64,000 bases of DNA from Macrostomum hystrix (lineage: Eukaryota > Animalia > Platyhelminthes): NCBI GenBank assembly GCA_950097015.1, contig CATNEN010000038.1:19344001-19408000 (forward strand), written 5' to 3'. Numbering within the stretch: the stretch's first letter is position 1; each line of letters opens with the position of its first letter. The notes beneath the pieces are model-generated. The model was not told the origin of the DNA, did not search any database, and saw only the letters and a list, made by a program, of their open reading frames with translations. Of the stretch, positions 1-12,899 are shown piece after piece. Both the position numbers and the translations under genes were made by a program.

Positions 1-44
1 TCTTATGCTTAAAGTAATGACCCTCTAATGGCTATGAGCGTGAA

Positions 45-1645
45 TTTATGACGCTTTAGTGGCCTAGGACTAACGATTCTCTGAGGGTCATTAGCTAGGA
101 TTAATGACTCTTTGAAGGTCATTAGCTAGGATTATTGGCGCTTTGAAGATGGTTAGCTAGGATTATTGGCGCTTTCAAGGTCATTAGCTAGGATTATTGG
201 CGCTTTCAAGGTCATGAGCTAGGATTAATGGCGCTTTGAAGATGGTTAGCTAGGATTATTGGCGCTTTGAAGATGGTTAGCTAGGATTAATGACGCTTTG
301 AGGGTCATGAGCTAGGATTATTGGCGCTTTGAAGATGGTTAGCTAGGATTATTGGCGCTTTGAAGATGGTTAGCTAGGATTATTGGCGCTTTCAAGGTCA
401 TGAGCTAGGATTAATGACGCTTTGAAGGTCATTAGCTAGGATTAATGACGCTTTGAAGGTCATTAGCTAGGATTAATGACTCTTTGAAGGTCATGGGCTA
501 GGATTATTGGCGCTTTGAAGATGGTTAGCTAGGATTATTGGCGCTTTGAAGGTCATTAGCTAGGATTATTGGCGCTTTGAAGGTCATTAGCTAGGATTAT
601 TGGCGCTTTGAAGGTCATTAGCTTGGATTAATGACTCTTTGAAGGTCATAGGCTAGAATTATTGGCGCTTTGAAGATGGTTAGCTAGGATTATTGGCGCT
701 TTGAAGATGGTTAGCTAGGATTATTGGCGCTTTGAAGGTCATTAGCTAGGATTATTGGCGCTTTGAAGATGGTTAGCTAGGATTATTGGCGCTTTGAAGG
801 TCGTTAGCTAGGATTATTGGCGCTTTGAAGGTCATTAGCTAGGATTATTGGCGCTTTGAAGGTCATTAGCTAGGATTATTGGCGCTTTGAAGGTCATTAG
901 CTAGGATTATTGGCGCTTTGAAGGTCATTAGCTAGGATTATTGGCGCTTTGAAGGTCATTAGCTAGGATTAATGACGCTTTGAAGGTCATGAGCTAGGAT
1001 TAATGACGCTTTGAAGGTCATGAGCTAAGATTAGGATTATTGGCGCTTTGAAGATCATTAGCTAGGATTAATGACGCTTTGAGGGTCATTAGCTAGTATT
1101 AATGACGCTTTGAGGGTCATCAGCTAGGATTAATGACGCTTTGAGGGTCATTAGCTAGTATTAATGACGCTTTGAGGGTCATCAGCTAGGATTAATGACG
1201 CTTTGAGGGTCATTAGCTAGTATTAATGACGCTTTGAGGGTCATCAGCTAGGATTAATGACGCTTTGAGGGTCATTAGCTAGTATTAATGACGCTTTGAG
1301 GGTCATGAGCTAGGATTAATGACGCTTTGAGGGTCATGAGCTAGGATTAATGACGCTTTGAGGGTCATTAGCTAGGATTAATGACGCTTTGAGGGTCATA
1401 AGCTAGGATTAATGACGCTTTGAAGGTCATTAGCTAGTATTAATGACGCTTTGAGGGTCATGAGCTAGGATTAATGACGCTTTGAGGGTCATGAGCTAGG
1501 ATTAATGACGCTTTGAGGGTCATAAGCTAGGATTAATGACGCTTTGAAGGTCATGAGCTAGGATTAATGACGCTTTGAAGGTCATGAGCTAGGATTAATG
1601 ACGCTTTGAAGGTCATGAGCTAGGATTAATGACGCTTTGAGGGTG
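45..1645. repeat. 31-bp minisatellite (TAGCTAGGATTA[A/T]TG[A/G]CGCTTTGA[A/G]GGTCAT), upstream of the first KNTC1 exon in view
   Basis: About 50 tandem units seen directly. Confidence 0.95.
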
Positions 1646-1891
1646 ATAAGTTAGTATTAATGAGCAGCTCGCAAACAGTAGGTAGATTAGAAGTTGACTT
1701 CTTTGCGCAGACCCCCCTAGATCTCAAAGTTGACTGGTTGATTAATTTCTGAAATCTAATAATCAGAACGACACTAAAGATACAAGCACATGTACAGGTA
1801 GTATAGGTTGCAGGGGCGCCGCTTATTGATGAGCAAGCCAGCCCTCTTAAACAGAATAAATCAGCGTTAGATAATTGTCTGACAATTTCAG

Positions 1892-4800
1892 CTACAATAT
1901 CAGGCAGCACAATGCCAGCCAGCAGGATGCTCAGGCTAGGGCAGCACTGCGCGGCCTGTTCTCACAGCTGGCTAGCGGCCGCGTCGCACCGTCGGCTGTG
2001 CGCTCCGACCTATTGCTGTTAACTGACACATTCGGCTTCTCGGCTGCCGACCTAATGACTGTGGCCGTCGATTGCTCGCTGCGTGAGGGTAGCGCTATAA
2101 AGTGAGTTTTACTAGCTTTTTTATATTCATGTTGTAGCCTAGTGGTTAGGACGTGGGACTTAATAATAATGATTGTAGGGGGGCTGCGGGCTATGGCACA
2201 TCATTTGGTGACTGTAGACCTGCAGCCAGCGAGGAGGCAATTCTGCCCATTTCGCTGACTCCTGAGCACACACGCAAACAAATACCGTACGCAAGCATTC
2301 GCTCACGCACAAGCTGTGCTACTGACCCCTGGACGTGGGACTTACGACTTGAAGGTCGGGGGTTCGATTTCCGACTACTGAAAAAAATGGTGTATTTTAG
2401 TGAGACACTTTAACTCTGCATTGCTTGAGTACACCCTGCTGATGGGTAAAATGCGTCTCTCCAATCCATGGTCTAAACAGCCGTACGCAGTCTTCAGATG
2501 CGCCACGCAATAGCTGGTCCCATTGGGCCAGGTGTAATCTATTAATATGTATTAGTGTATTCTTCTATTGTTGCTCAAACGCACCCGCAGAGTGCGCGAC
2601 CTTCTCGCCAGTCCGCTTCGAGACCTCGGCGTCACCGTCGGCCTTCAGGATCGTCTGCAGGCCGCTCTACGCTGTGTGCAACGCGCCCACATTGGCCTTC
2701 AGTTATACAATCCGGCCTACGTGCCGTCTAGCGAAGCCGACTTCCTATTGGATGTTGGTTGCCTAGCAACGGAGGCCTACTTTGCCCAGCTGGCCGAGGC
2801 CGGCTCGGACGCCGGTCCGGCCGGAGGCGAGGCGGCCACGGTGGCCCACATTGGCCGTTCGTTGCTACTGATGCGCTTCGCTTGGCGCGCCTATCAAAGC
2901 GGCTCAGCTGACGACGGACCATCGGGTTCGTCTAGAGCGTCAATGCCGGATTATGAACGACTTATCGACCACGGGGAGGCGTCTGCCGTGGCCTATTTAA
3001 TCACTCTCTGCGGACAGCCCAAACCTGATTGGTTGCGTCGCCTGGCTAGTCTTCTGCTTCTAGTAGATTCGGCAGCCTCCGAGTCCTGCGCTAATAGTGC
3101 ATCCGTGCCAGGTAAACTGCTGCCTCTGCTGGTGCCGGCCTTGTTGTCTGCCGGCGGTGTGTCGGTGTGGCGCGCCGCTAAACTAGTGCTGGATGCGGGG
3201 CTGGTGAGTTAATAGATATTTTGCTTGGAGCTAACCTAAATTCGGATTTCTATCTTATAAGTTCTACTCGCAGTAGAAATGTATGTTTTCGCAACATATT
3301 TTATGAATTAGTAAGTAGGATAAACTATTCACTGAAAATACAATTTAATATTATAATTACCGTTTTTTTTTCAAGTTAATGACCAATGTTTAGGTGTTGG
3401 GTAATGACCAACCGTTATTTAGTGGGTCATAACCAATCATTAGATAGTGGGTAATGACCAATCATTAGATAATGGGTAATGACCAATCATTAGATAGTGG
3501 GTAATGACCAATCATTAGATAGTGGGTAATGACCAATCATTAGATAGTGGGTAATGACCAATCATCAGATGTAGGGTAATGGCCAATCGGCAGGTGCAAG
3601 TTGTCTCCCATTAGCTCATGATATGATCGAGCAAAACACATAAAGGCGAGCCTGAAAAATATCTGATTTAATTGATGGTGCGTATTGAATGCCTGCTGCG
3701 GGATAGTACTAGTTGAGCAAAACATTGCTAAACTCGCATTTTCAAATGCTTCATATCCGCGCTATCACAATCGCAGTCCGAACTCACACTGCAAGCCAGT
3801 GCTCTGGACGCCATGCTGACATCGGCCAGAGTTGCTCTATTAAAACTATCGGCCCTTGACGAATGCCAAAGCGAAGCTGATTTTCGAGACCTGCCCGACG
3901 GTCTGGCCGCTCTGGACGAGCTACTGATGATAGCCTGTTGTCGTTGGCGCTGTCAAGATAATGACAACGGGCCTGACAGCTACAATGAGGAGCGTGGCGT
4001 GTCCCTGCACCGTTTGCACACCTGCCTGCGAATCCTGCGCGCCTGCTGCCGCTGCTGTTGCTTCTATTCTAAAGCGACGCCGACTGATCAGCAGGCAGCC
4101 CAGCTGGCTATGGCACTGGAGGTTCGCTACGATGATCCGGAGCTGCCGCCCATTCAACAGACGCTCAGGATGCAGTTTCTGCGACTAGCCGGACTGTTGA
4201 TGCAGCTGACTGAGAGGGCGGCGAAGACCTCACAGACTGCTGCTGATGCTGATGCTTGGAATAACCAGCGGCGCAACAGTGACAACACCACTGGCAATGT
4301 GGATGGCGATAAAGTTTCTGCTGAGCATGAAAAGGTGATTGATTTAGCTGCTCATCGCGTTGCTTAGAATTAAGCTATTTCCCGCATCCCGGATCTAGCT
4401 ACCTCCCTCAGCATCTAGCTACCTCCCTCAGCATCTAGCTACCTCCCTCAGCATCTAGCTACCTCCCTCAGCATCTAGCTACCTCCCTCAGCATCTAGCT
4501 ACCCCATCCCGTATCTTGCTATTCCATCCCGCATCTAGCTATTCCATCCCGCATCTAGCTACCCCATCTCGCATCTAGCTATTCCATCCCGCATCTAGCT
4601 ACCCCATCCCGCATCTAGCTACCCCATCCCGCATCAAGCTACCCCATCCCGCATCTAGCTACCCCATCCCGCATCAAGCTACCCCATCCCGCATCTAGCT
4701 ACCCCATCCCGCATCTGGCCACCCCATCCCGCATCTAGCTACCCCATCCCGCATCAAGCTACCCCATCCCGCATCAAGCTACCCCATCCCGCATCTGGCT

Positions 4801-7800
4801 ACCCCATCAAGCAGTTTGCTGGCACTAAATATGTGAATTGTATGTGAGTAAGGCTATAGCGTACTCTAAAAAAACGCAGACTCACTCCAACGATCTGCTG
4901 TCAGCCCTAACCGACTTGGCTGGTCAAACTATCGATTCGCTTCGCCTGGCCAGCTGCCCACTAGCAGCCCTGAGTCTGACCACCCTGCTCAGCGAATTCG
5001 ACTCCTCAGCCTCTAGCTTATCTGCGCTGTGCCAGGATCGTTGCCAGGCCCTACTAACTGGCTTGCTATCCCAGCGCCTAGAAGCCAAACTGATCGATCG
5101 CCAGCTGTGCCAATCCATCGCCTGGTCTCTGCCTGAAGCTACTGGCCAGTCCGTTCTACAGCGCGTAGCTCAGAAATCGCGCCACTCCTACAACAGATTG
5201 GAATTCATAGCCAGACTGGCCTATCACTACGGTGCTCAGAGGGGCAATCCTGAGCACGCTAAGCGGGCTCTGGCACTAGCTAAGGGCGCTTATTGGAGTA
5301 GGACTTTGGCCGTGCTGGGCGTCAAAATTGGTGACCTGACGGTAAGACCGCTATTCTATACAGATTATATACAGATCAATTGTACTTGTCCTTGTCACCA
5401 GGGTCTTCGACAACAATTGCTGAATATCTCGACGATGGTCGTCATATCGGGTGGCTTTAAAAGTTAGTTATTCGAAAAAAATCGAAACGAAACGAAAATC
5501 GTGAAGTAGGGTCCTTCTACTGTACTAGTCTACTGTACTAGTCTACTGTACTAGTCTACTGTACTAGTCTACTGTACTAGTCTACTGTACTAGTCTACTG
5601 TACTAGTCTACTGTACTAGTCTACTGTACTAGTCTACTGTACTAGTCTACTGTACTAGTCTACTGTACTAGTCTACTGTACTAGTCTACTGTACTAGTCC
5701 TTCTACTGTACTAGTCCTTCTACTGTACTAGTCCTTCTACTGTTCTAGTCCTTCTACTGTACTAGTCTACTGTACTAGTCTACTGTACTAGTCTACTGTA
5801 CTAGTCCTTCTACTGTACTACTGTTCTACTGTACTGTACTAGGTTAGGTACTTAACCCAGGTGTAGGGTAATGTATCATCAACCAAACAAGAATGTGTAT
5901 TTTTTTAACTTCAAACCTAAGCTACAGATTTTCCATTTAAGATATGATGATAAATCAAAAGCCAAGTTATAGAAAACAGTTACATCTTTCTAAAAAGTAT
6001 CTGCTTTTGCTATTTTATCAAATAGAAAAAAGTTATTCCTGCTTTTTATCTAAAACCAAACAATGATTTTCATGTATCTTCAAACCAAACAGAGAATGTG
6101 ATGTTTGGTTTTACAATCTGAGTGAGTGGTTTAATCTTTTTTTAAGGAGTGAACTATCATAGATTATGTAATTTGAAAGCATTTTTCATGCTCTATCGAT
6201 AACTACATTTATGGTCATTTAATTGGCAAGCAACCACATACAATCTTCGTCTAAAGTACATACTGAAAAAAATGTTGTTAAAAGTATGCTTTTGCAATAA
6301 AAATTTCTACTGAAACATCAATATCTTTCTTTCCTCTTAATGCTTCCTTACACATCATGCCTCAGCTTGTAGATAATTTCTTCAACTTTCAAATTAGTTG
6401 TTCTGTGAAACACAATAGCTTGTTTCTGTCTTGCACAAGACCAAGGAAGAAGTCAAAATTCTTGTTCGGTTTTGAAGATACACTGTTCGGTTGATGATAC
6501 ATTACCCTACAAAAAGCTTATAGTTCTTCTGAATGCTAAGTTGAGGGTCTTTCTCAAGGACACAAAACGGGAATCGAACTCAGACCGATAAGTTGTGAGT
6601 ACGACTCTCTAACCGCAGTCTACAGCAGTCCTCAGCTGTCCTCAGTCCTCAGCTGTCCTCAGTCCTCAGCTGTCCACAGACTGAAAAAAATATTGTTGCG
6701 AAAATTCTGCGATTCGAACTCCCGACCTCTCGGTTATGGATCTAAAATTTGCGCGCCTTGCTTTTCTCCCAGATCCCCGGCAAGGCCGCCGAATGCGCCC
6801 AAACACTGTGCTGCCTGCCGCCAGTCAAGTCGCTGCAGCCGGATTTGCTTCTCTACTACTGTCAGCAGTATCAGCAGCCAGCCGAGGCTCACCTGCTCCG
6901 CTACCTGGAGAATCTGCTGTTCCCGCAGTCTGGAACTAGTCAGGTGGCTTTTTGATTAGTTACTCGCTTTGTTTGTCCTAAGATTAGCAACTAACATCCC
7001 AATCATCATCTAACTAAGTTCCCAATCCTCATCTACAACTAAGATCTTAATCCTCATCTACAACTAAGATCTCAATACTCATTTACAACAAGGATCCCAA
7101 TCCTCATCTACAACTAAGATCCCAATCCTCATCTACAACTAGGATCCCAATTCTCATCTACAACTAGGATCCCAATCCTCATCTACAACTAAGATCCCAA
7201 TCCTCATCTACAACTAGGATCCCAATCCTCATCTACAACTAAGATCCCAATCCTCATCTACAACTAGGATCCCAATCCTCATCTACAACTAAGATCCCAA
7301 TCCTCATCTACAACTAAGATCCCAATCCTCATCTACAACTAGGATCCCAATTCTCATCTACAACTAAGATCTCAATACTCATTTACAACTAAGATCTCAA
7401 TACTCATTTACAACAAGGATCCCAATCCTCATCTACAGCTAGGATCCCAATCATCATCTACAACTAGGATCCCAATCCTCATCTACAACTAAGATCCCAA
7501 TCCTCATCTACAACTAGGATCCCAATCATCATCTACAACTAGGATCCCAATCCTCATCTACAACTAAGATCCCAATCCTCATCTACAACTAAGATCCCAA
7601 TCCTCATCAACAACTAGGATCCCAATCCTTATCTACAACTAGGATCCCAATCCTCATCTACAACTAAGATCCCAATCCTCATCTACAACTAGGATCCCAA
7701 TCCTCATCTACAACTAGGATCCCAATCCTTATCTACAACTAGGATCCCAATCCTCATCTACAACTAGGATCCCAATCCTTATCTACAACTAGGATCCCAA

Positions 7801-10800
7801 TCCTCATCTACAACTAAGATCCCAATCCTCATCTACAACTAGGATCCCAATCCTTATCTACAACTAGGATCCCAATCCTTATCTACAACTAGGATCCCAA
7901 TCCTCATCTACAACTCGGATCCCAATCCTCATCTACAACTAAGATCCCAATCCTTGTTTATAGCTAGTGCTTGTGAGTAAACTTTGAGTAAATCTGAAAT
8001 CGCATCCTAAAAAAACACCGACGCAGGTTGAAGTGAGCCAATCCGCTGTGAATCTAGCCTCAGCCACTATTAGCGTACTCAAACGCGTCTGTCAGCCGGA
8101 GGAGCTGCTCAACCGACTCGTCGGTTACTATGGCCAGTTGGACCCTTACGAGTACGAATCAATCGAACTGATTTGCTGCAGCCTGCTGGCCATGCCGCAA
8201 TGCCCTGCGCCGCAGGCGGCCCACTGCAGCAACACCCTGCAGCTGTTGGCTTCGTTGAAGCGCTACCGAAGGGTGTCGCAAATTAGCAGCTACGAGAGAA
8301 ACTGGCGAGTGATCGTGTTACATTCCATTGCTATGACACTCCCGGCAAAAAAAATTGGCGATTAAAAATCTGATGGTAATCGTAATAAAAATTACGATTA
8401 AACATCGTAAAAAGTTGGCATTTTCGCGGTCGAAAAATTATGAGTGCGACTCATTTATTAGACCGAGTTTGTTGAACCATCATTTCGCTGACTCCTGAGC
8501 ACACTCGCAGACAGATACTGTACACAGCCACACGCTCTCACAGGTGTGTACATCCGCCCTGACTTTCTCATCGTCATCATATCTCACTGTGCCAAATAAA
8601 TGTGGCCTCGTCGCGGAATCGAGCTCTGGGACCTTGGCGCGAGAGGCAAACGCGTTACACCGCTCTGCCACTCAGCCTCCTTAATTATAGTGGTTAGGAG
8701 CTTGCCGATTAGTAATTGTAGCCGAGTGGTTAAAGCGTCGGACTCACAACTTGAAGGTCGGGGGTTCGATTCCCGACTGTGCTTTATGTGAAAACCATTT
8801 GTCTGCTTTGGAAAGATTGCACAATTAACTCTGCATTGCTTCAGTTCACAAGCTTTAGCTGGGGTAATTGAGGTGGGGTGACGTCCCAGTTTAGAAGTCT
8901 ATAATGGATATATTTGACTACACAAAAGTCATGAGTATTTGAGTTCATTAGTCTCCCAACTACAGAATTAACCTGAAGTTTGTTAATCCGCATTATTATC
9001 GCATACCAGGTATCAGAAGCGCATGCAGCGGCCCGACCTAGCAGATTGGTATTTCACATCGGCATCGGCCATCAATTCAAAGTCTGCTCGCCGATTGAAT
9101 GTATTCGCCCTCTTGGAGTCCAAGCAGTACAAGATTGTTAATCCCGAACTGAGGTTTGACACCCTAGACTACTGGCTGGGCGTCTCAGAACTCATCGGCG
9201 TGTCAGAGACCCAACTCAAACTGTCCGCGGCTGACAAAATCTTTGAAGAAGCTTTCGGCCATTCTCAGCTATTGCAGCAACAGCAGCAGCAGCAGCAGGT
9301 TAATGTTAATAATTGGTCGGCCCAACCTGATCTAGCCAGTCAGATGGCTGTAGCTAGGATGGAAAAGGTGAGCATCATTTTGTGCTGTTTTTTTCACCAT
9401 GCTTTACACTTTAAAAGCAACTCCTTGATACTTTACCGACTAGCGGGATAATTTATCAGCTAGCAGGGATAGTTTAGCAACTGGCGATGGGATAATTTGC
9501 CGGCAGCTGAGGATAGTTTAGCAACTGAGGAGGGGATAATTTGCTGGCAGCTGAGGATAGTTTAGCAACTGGCGAGGGGATAATTTGCCGGCAGCTGAGG
9601 ATAGTTTAGCAACTGGCGAGGGGATAATTTGCTGGCAGCTGAGGATAGTTTAGCAACTGGCGAGGGGATAATTTGCCGGCAGCTGAGGATAGTTTAGCAA
9701 CTGGCGAGGGGATAATTTGCCGGCAGCTGAGGATAATTTAGCAACTGGCGATGGGATAATTTGCCGGCAGCTGAGGATAATTTAGCAACTGGCGATGGGA
9801 TAATTTGCCGGCAGCTGAGGATAATTTAGCAACTGGCGATGGGATAATTTGCCGGCAGCTGAGGATAATTTAGCAACTGGCGATGGGATAATTTGCCGGC
9901 AGCTGAGGATAATTTAGCAACTGGCGATGGGATAATTTGCCGGCAGCTGAGGATAATTTAGCAACTGGCGATGGGATAATTTGCCGGCAGCTGAGGATAA
10001 TTTAGCAACTGGCGAGGGGATAATTTGCTGGCAGCTGAGGATAATTTAGCAACTGGCGAGGGGATAATTTGCCGGCAAGCTGAGGATAATTTAGCAACTG
10101 GCGAGGTGATAATTTGCTGGCAGCCTGATGATAAATTAATTCAGCAACTTGCGAGGGGATAATTTTCCGGCAAGCTGAGGATAATTTAGTAACTGGCGAG
10201 GGGATAATTTGCCAACTAGGAAATGGTATGAAAACTGGAGGGAAATTATTTACCAACAAAGAATATTGTATAAACTACAAAATATTATTCTAACAAATTT
10301 GATCATTTGTCAACTGGGCGGTCTAAACTTGCTAGAATAATCCAGAAAAAATGGTTCTTTCTATCGTTTTTACTGCACTACTGTGAGAAGCGGCATCGCC
10401 TCATCCCTTTCTTCTCATACTACAAAAAAACTTCTGATACAGGTGCTAATTAGCGTCTACGATAGCGAGCGAGCTCTGCACGTTGCATTCGCCATGCTCA
10501 AGCGAACCAGTCTAGGCTGGCTAAAGCTCAGAGTCACTCGCATCTGTTTAGCCGTCTGTCGCGCCTGGTCCGAAACTGAATCCGTCACAGCAATGCCGAC
10601 GCAGTTGCAGAGTCTGCAGCAGCAGCAGCAGTCAGCTGGCAGTCATCAATCGGCTCGTAGGGCTGAGACCTCTCTAGAGCGCTATCGCGGCATATTGGAA
10701 GCTCTGGAATGCGAACAGGCTCTCCACGCCAATGGCCTGGGTGACTCTCCGGATCTAGCCAAGCTGTGCTCCAGTCCCAGCGAGCTGCTGGATCGCCTAG

Positions 10801-12748
10801 TCGCAGCCGGCCAGGCTGAAGCTGCCAGCCGGGTTGCCGAGATCCTCGGAGCCGATGTGTCCGCTGTGGTGGCCCGCCAGGTTCAAGATTGGCTTGGCCT
10901 TCGACCGACTGCCAGCGGGCCTGGCGGATCGGCCGATTCGCCAGGTTGGCTTAATTTCAGTTTTACAAAACAGGTTCTATGATTTGAGACTAGAATAAAA
11001 ATAATTCAATGGTTGCAGAAGGGCTGCAGGCAATGGTACATCAATTGGTGACAGCCCGGGTAGATGCAGATGTGGAAAAGGAAGATAGAGATAGGAGATA
11101 CAGAGATCAAGAGAGAAAGGTGAGCACACACTCTCACTGTGCCTTAAAGGTTGGCCCTCAAAATTTTAACTTATTATTATTGCTGCGTGAGGCAAATGCT
11201 TCATATCGTTGAGTGAGAGTATACTCAACATTTGCACACCCATCCGCAGGACTAAACGACTCCCATCAGCAGTCCATGCTGGACCTGAGCGCCGATGCTC
11301 AACTATCCGTGAACGTGTGCGATCTCATGTCTAAACTGCACCAGCGCCAGCAAGAGGAACTCGATCAGCTGCTTGACGACGAGCAGAAACTGGCCGACAC
11401 TGCCGACCTCATTGTGCGCCTAGTTCAACGCGGCGATGACAACGCCAGGTCCGCCTGTTTGGCTACCGTCCGCTCCGCCTGGAACTCCGAGGACTGGCGG
11501 CCCAGTGGGGTGTTTCTAGCCTGCGCCAGGGTGCTGCAGCGCCTGGAGACCGACTCCAGGCTGGCTGACGCTTGGCAGATGCGAATCTGCGAACTGCAGG
11601 TGCGGTCCGCTCTACGCCTTTTCTATTATCACTAATCAGAGAATGGGAAATATGAGAAACAAGGATAAAGAAAGGGAGAATAGTCAAGTGACGGGGGCGA
11701 GAGAATATAGGAGGGGGAAAGGGTTTAGGGTACGTAAGAATCAGGAAGGATTAAAGAGTGGCAGGGAAGAGAGAACAAGGAGAAAGAGGAACTGGGGAGA
11801 TATGGTGGAGGGAAGGGATGAAAGAGATAAAAGGGAGAGGAGAGGAAGAGAAGATCAAGAGGAGAGAAAGGGAAGATACGGAGGAGAGGAAGGGAAGATA
11901 CAGAGAAGAGGAAGGGAAGATACAGAGAAGGGGAAGGGAAGATACAGAGAAGGGGAAGGGAAGATACAGAGAAGGGGAAGGGAAGATACAGAGAAGAGGA
12001 AGGGAAGATACAGAGAAGAGGAAGGGAAGATACAGAGAAGAGGAAGGGAAGATACGGAGGACAGGAAATAGAGATGAAGAGACATATCCAAGGTAGAGAT
12101 GAAAGGTAGCTGAATGGTGGAAGAAAATGGTGGACAAAGTAGAGAAAAAATATCACAGGTAATCACTGCGGTTGTCAACTAAATTGACCACCTCCGCAGG
12201 TCCGCGCCCACTTCGGCATCGGCATGGGCCAGCCGGCTCGCTGCCCCCTAGGCCAATGGGACTCCGCCATAGACATCGGCCAGCTGGCTCGCTCGCCAAG
12301 GGGTGAAACCGACCGCGGCCTGGAATTGCTCTGCCGGCTCCTGCTGGCTCGCGTGGCCCTCTCCGGGCCCGGCTGGGCCGGCGGTCAAGCTGGCGCCGGA
12401 ATCGAAGAAATCGACGATCCGTCGTCGACGACGCCAGCGCAGCCGTCGACTGGCTGCCTGGCCGATCCGCCGCTGTGGGACTGCCTGCTTCGGTCGGCCT
12501 GCAAAACTCGTCAATACCAGCTGGCTGTGCGATTGCTGGGCCTGGTGTTCGACACGCCCTGCCTGCGACTCGGCCTGCGCTCGCTTCCCGCCCTGTTGGA
12601 GACGGCCCTGTCCGCGGTGCTTGAACAGCCGCAGCTGCTGCGCCAGGCGGTGTTCGCCTGCCGGGTTAACACCGCTCAGTTTCCGGTCGCGTTTCTTAGT
12701 AAACGACTGCGCGCCGATTTAAAAGCGCACGGCGTGTCTATTGAATAA
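1892..12748 (+). CDS. KNTC1: Kinetochore-associated protein 1 / Rough deal (RZZ complex), 3' part; 5' exons lie upstream of the window. Exons ~1892-2101, 2591-3203, 3777-4334, 4880-5341, 6773-6943, 8027-8304, 9010-9367, 10443-10944, 11250-11599, 12200-12748
   Basis: Phase-consistent splice junctions join the ORF-track segments (all GT-AG except one probable GC-AG). The peptide LDPYEYESIELI...LQLLASLKRYRRVS...RRLNVFALL...YKIVNPEL...ECEQALHANGL resembles the Rod C-terminal region as recalled for human KNTC1 (LDPYDYEMIE, LKHLKSYRRIS, RLPFH, WKILSTEL). Confidence 0.8.
2131..2540 (+). mobile_element. tRNA-derived SINE, family A, interrupted by a family B insertion
   Basis: A-box TAGCCTAGTGG and B-box-like GGTTCGATTTCC. 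Body AACTCTGCATTGCTT is shared with 8716-8870. Confidence 0.7.
2163..2330 (-). mobile_element. 5'-truncated SINE family B copy inside the SINE A head
   Basis: 14-bp TSD GGACGTGGGACTTA (2149-2162, 2331-2344) and an (ATT)n tail on the minus strand. Shares CATTTCGCTGACTCCTGAGCACAC with 8481. Confidence 0.8.
3395..3590. repeat. 25-bp minisatellite GATAGTGGGTAATGACCAATCATTA
   Basis: Tandem units inside a KNTC1 intron. Confidence 0.9.
4381..4808. repeat. 20-bp minisatellite GCATCTAGCTACCCCATCCC
   Basis: Fills most of a KNTC1 intron. Confidence 0.95.
5514..5842. repeat. 13-bp minisatellite TCTACTGTACTAG with 16-bp variants
   Basis: Direct tandem units. Confidence 0.95.
5866..6507. mobile_element. 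642-bp MITE, second copy in the opposite orientation, in a KNTC1 intron
   Basis: Same TIRs, TA flanks and length as 26597-27238. Confidence 0.9.
6510..6626 (-). mobile_element. Degenerate SINE family A, probably split by the MITE at 5866-6507
   Basis: Reverse complement gives GACTGCGGTTAGAGAGTCGTACTCACAACT...GAGTTCGATTCCCG...GTGTCCTTGAG. Confidence 0.55.
6995..7953. repeat. 25-bp minisatellite GATCCCAATCCTCATCTACAACTA[A/G]
   Basis: Fills most of a KNTC1 intron. Confidence 0.95.
8481..8680 (-). mobile_element. tRNA-derived SINE, family B
   Basis: Minus strand begins GGAGGCTGAGTGGCAGAGCGG...GAGCTCGATTCC (A/B boxes); homologous to 24805-25118. Confidence 0.7.
8716..8870 (+). mobile_element. 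tRNA-derived SINE, family A
   Basis: TGTAGCCGAGTGGTTAAAGCGTCGGACTCACAACTTGAAGGTCGGGGGTTCGATTCCCGAC followed by the family A body; no closing acceptor stem. Confidence 0.7.
9445..10215. repeat. 44-bp minisatellite made of two ~22-bp halves, GGGATAATTTGCCGGCAGCTGAGGATAATTTAGCAACTGGCGA[T/G]
   Basis: Direct tandem units. Confidence 0.95.
11865..12065. repeat. 22-bp purine-rich minisatellite GGAAGGGAAGATACAGAGAAG[A/G]
   Basis: Tandem units within a polypurine tract of the last KNTC1 intron. Confidence 0.9.
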
Positions 12749-12899
12749 TTCAGTTTGGCGACTAGATTCGACTTTAAGTAATTGTTAACGCATTGTTTAA
12801 TACGTAAATCAAACTGAATCTGTACTGAATATAGCTAAAGTTTTTGTATTTACAAGTATTGGATTGTTTAGCAAGATTAGTAAAAGTACAATACATTCC

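Noticed and set aside
8716-8790. tRNA gene
   Set aside because: A and B boxes are present but there is no closing acceptor stem, and the sequence continues into a body shared with other dispersed copies, so it is a SINE head.
11643-12178. Arg/Glu-rich and hydrophobic ORFs on both strands
   Set aside because: Products of a polypurine intronic repeat that lacks stop codons.
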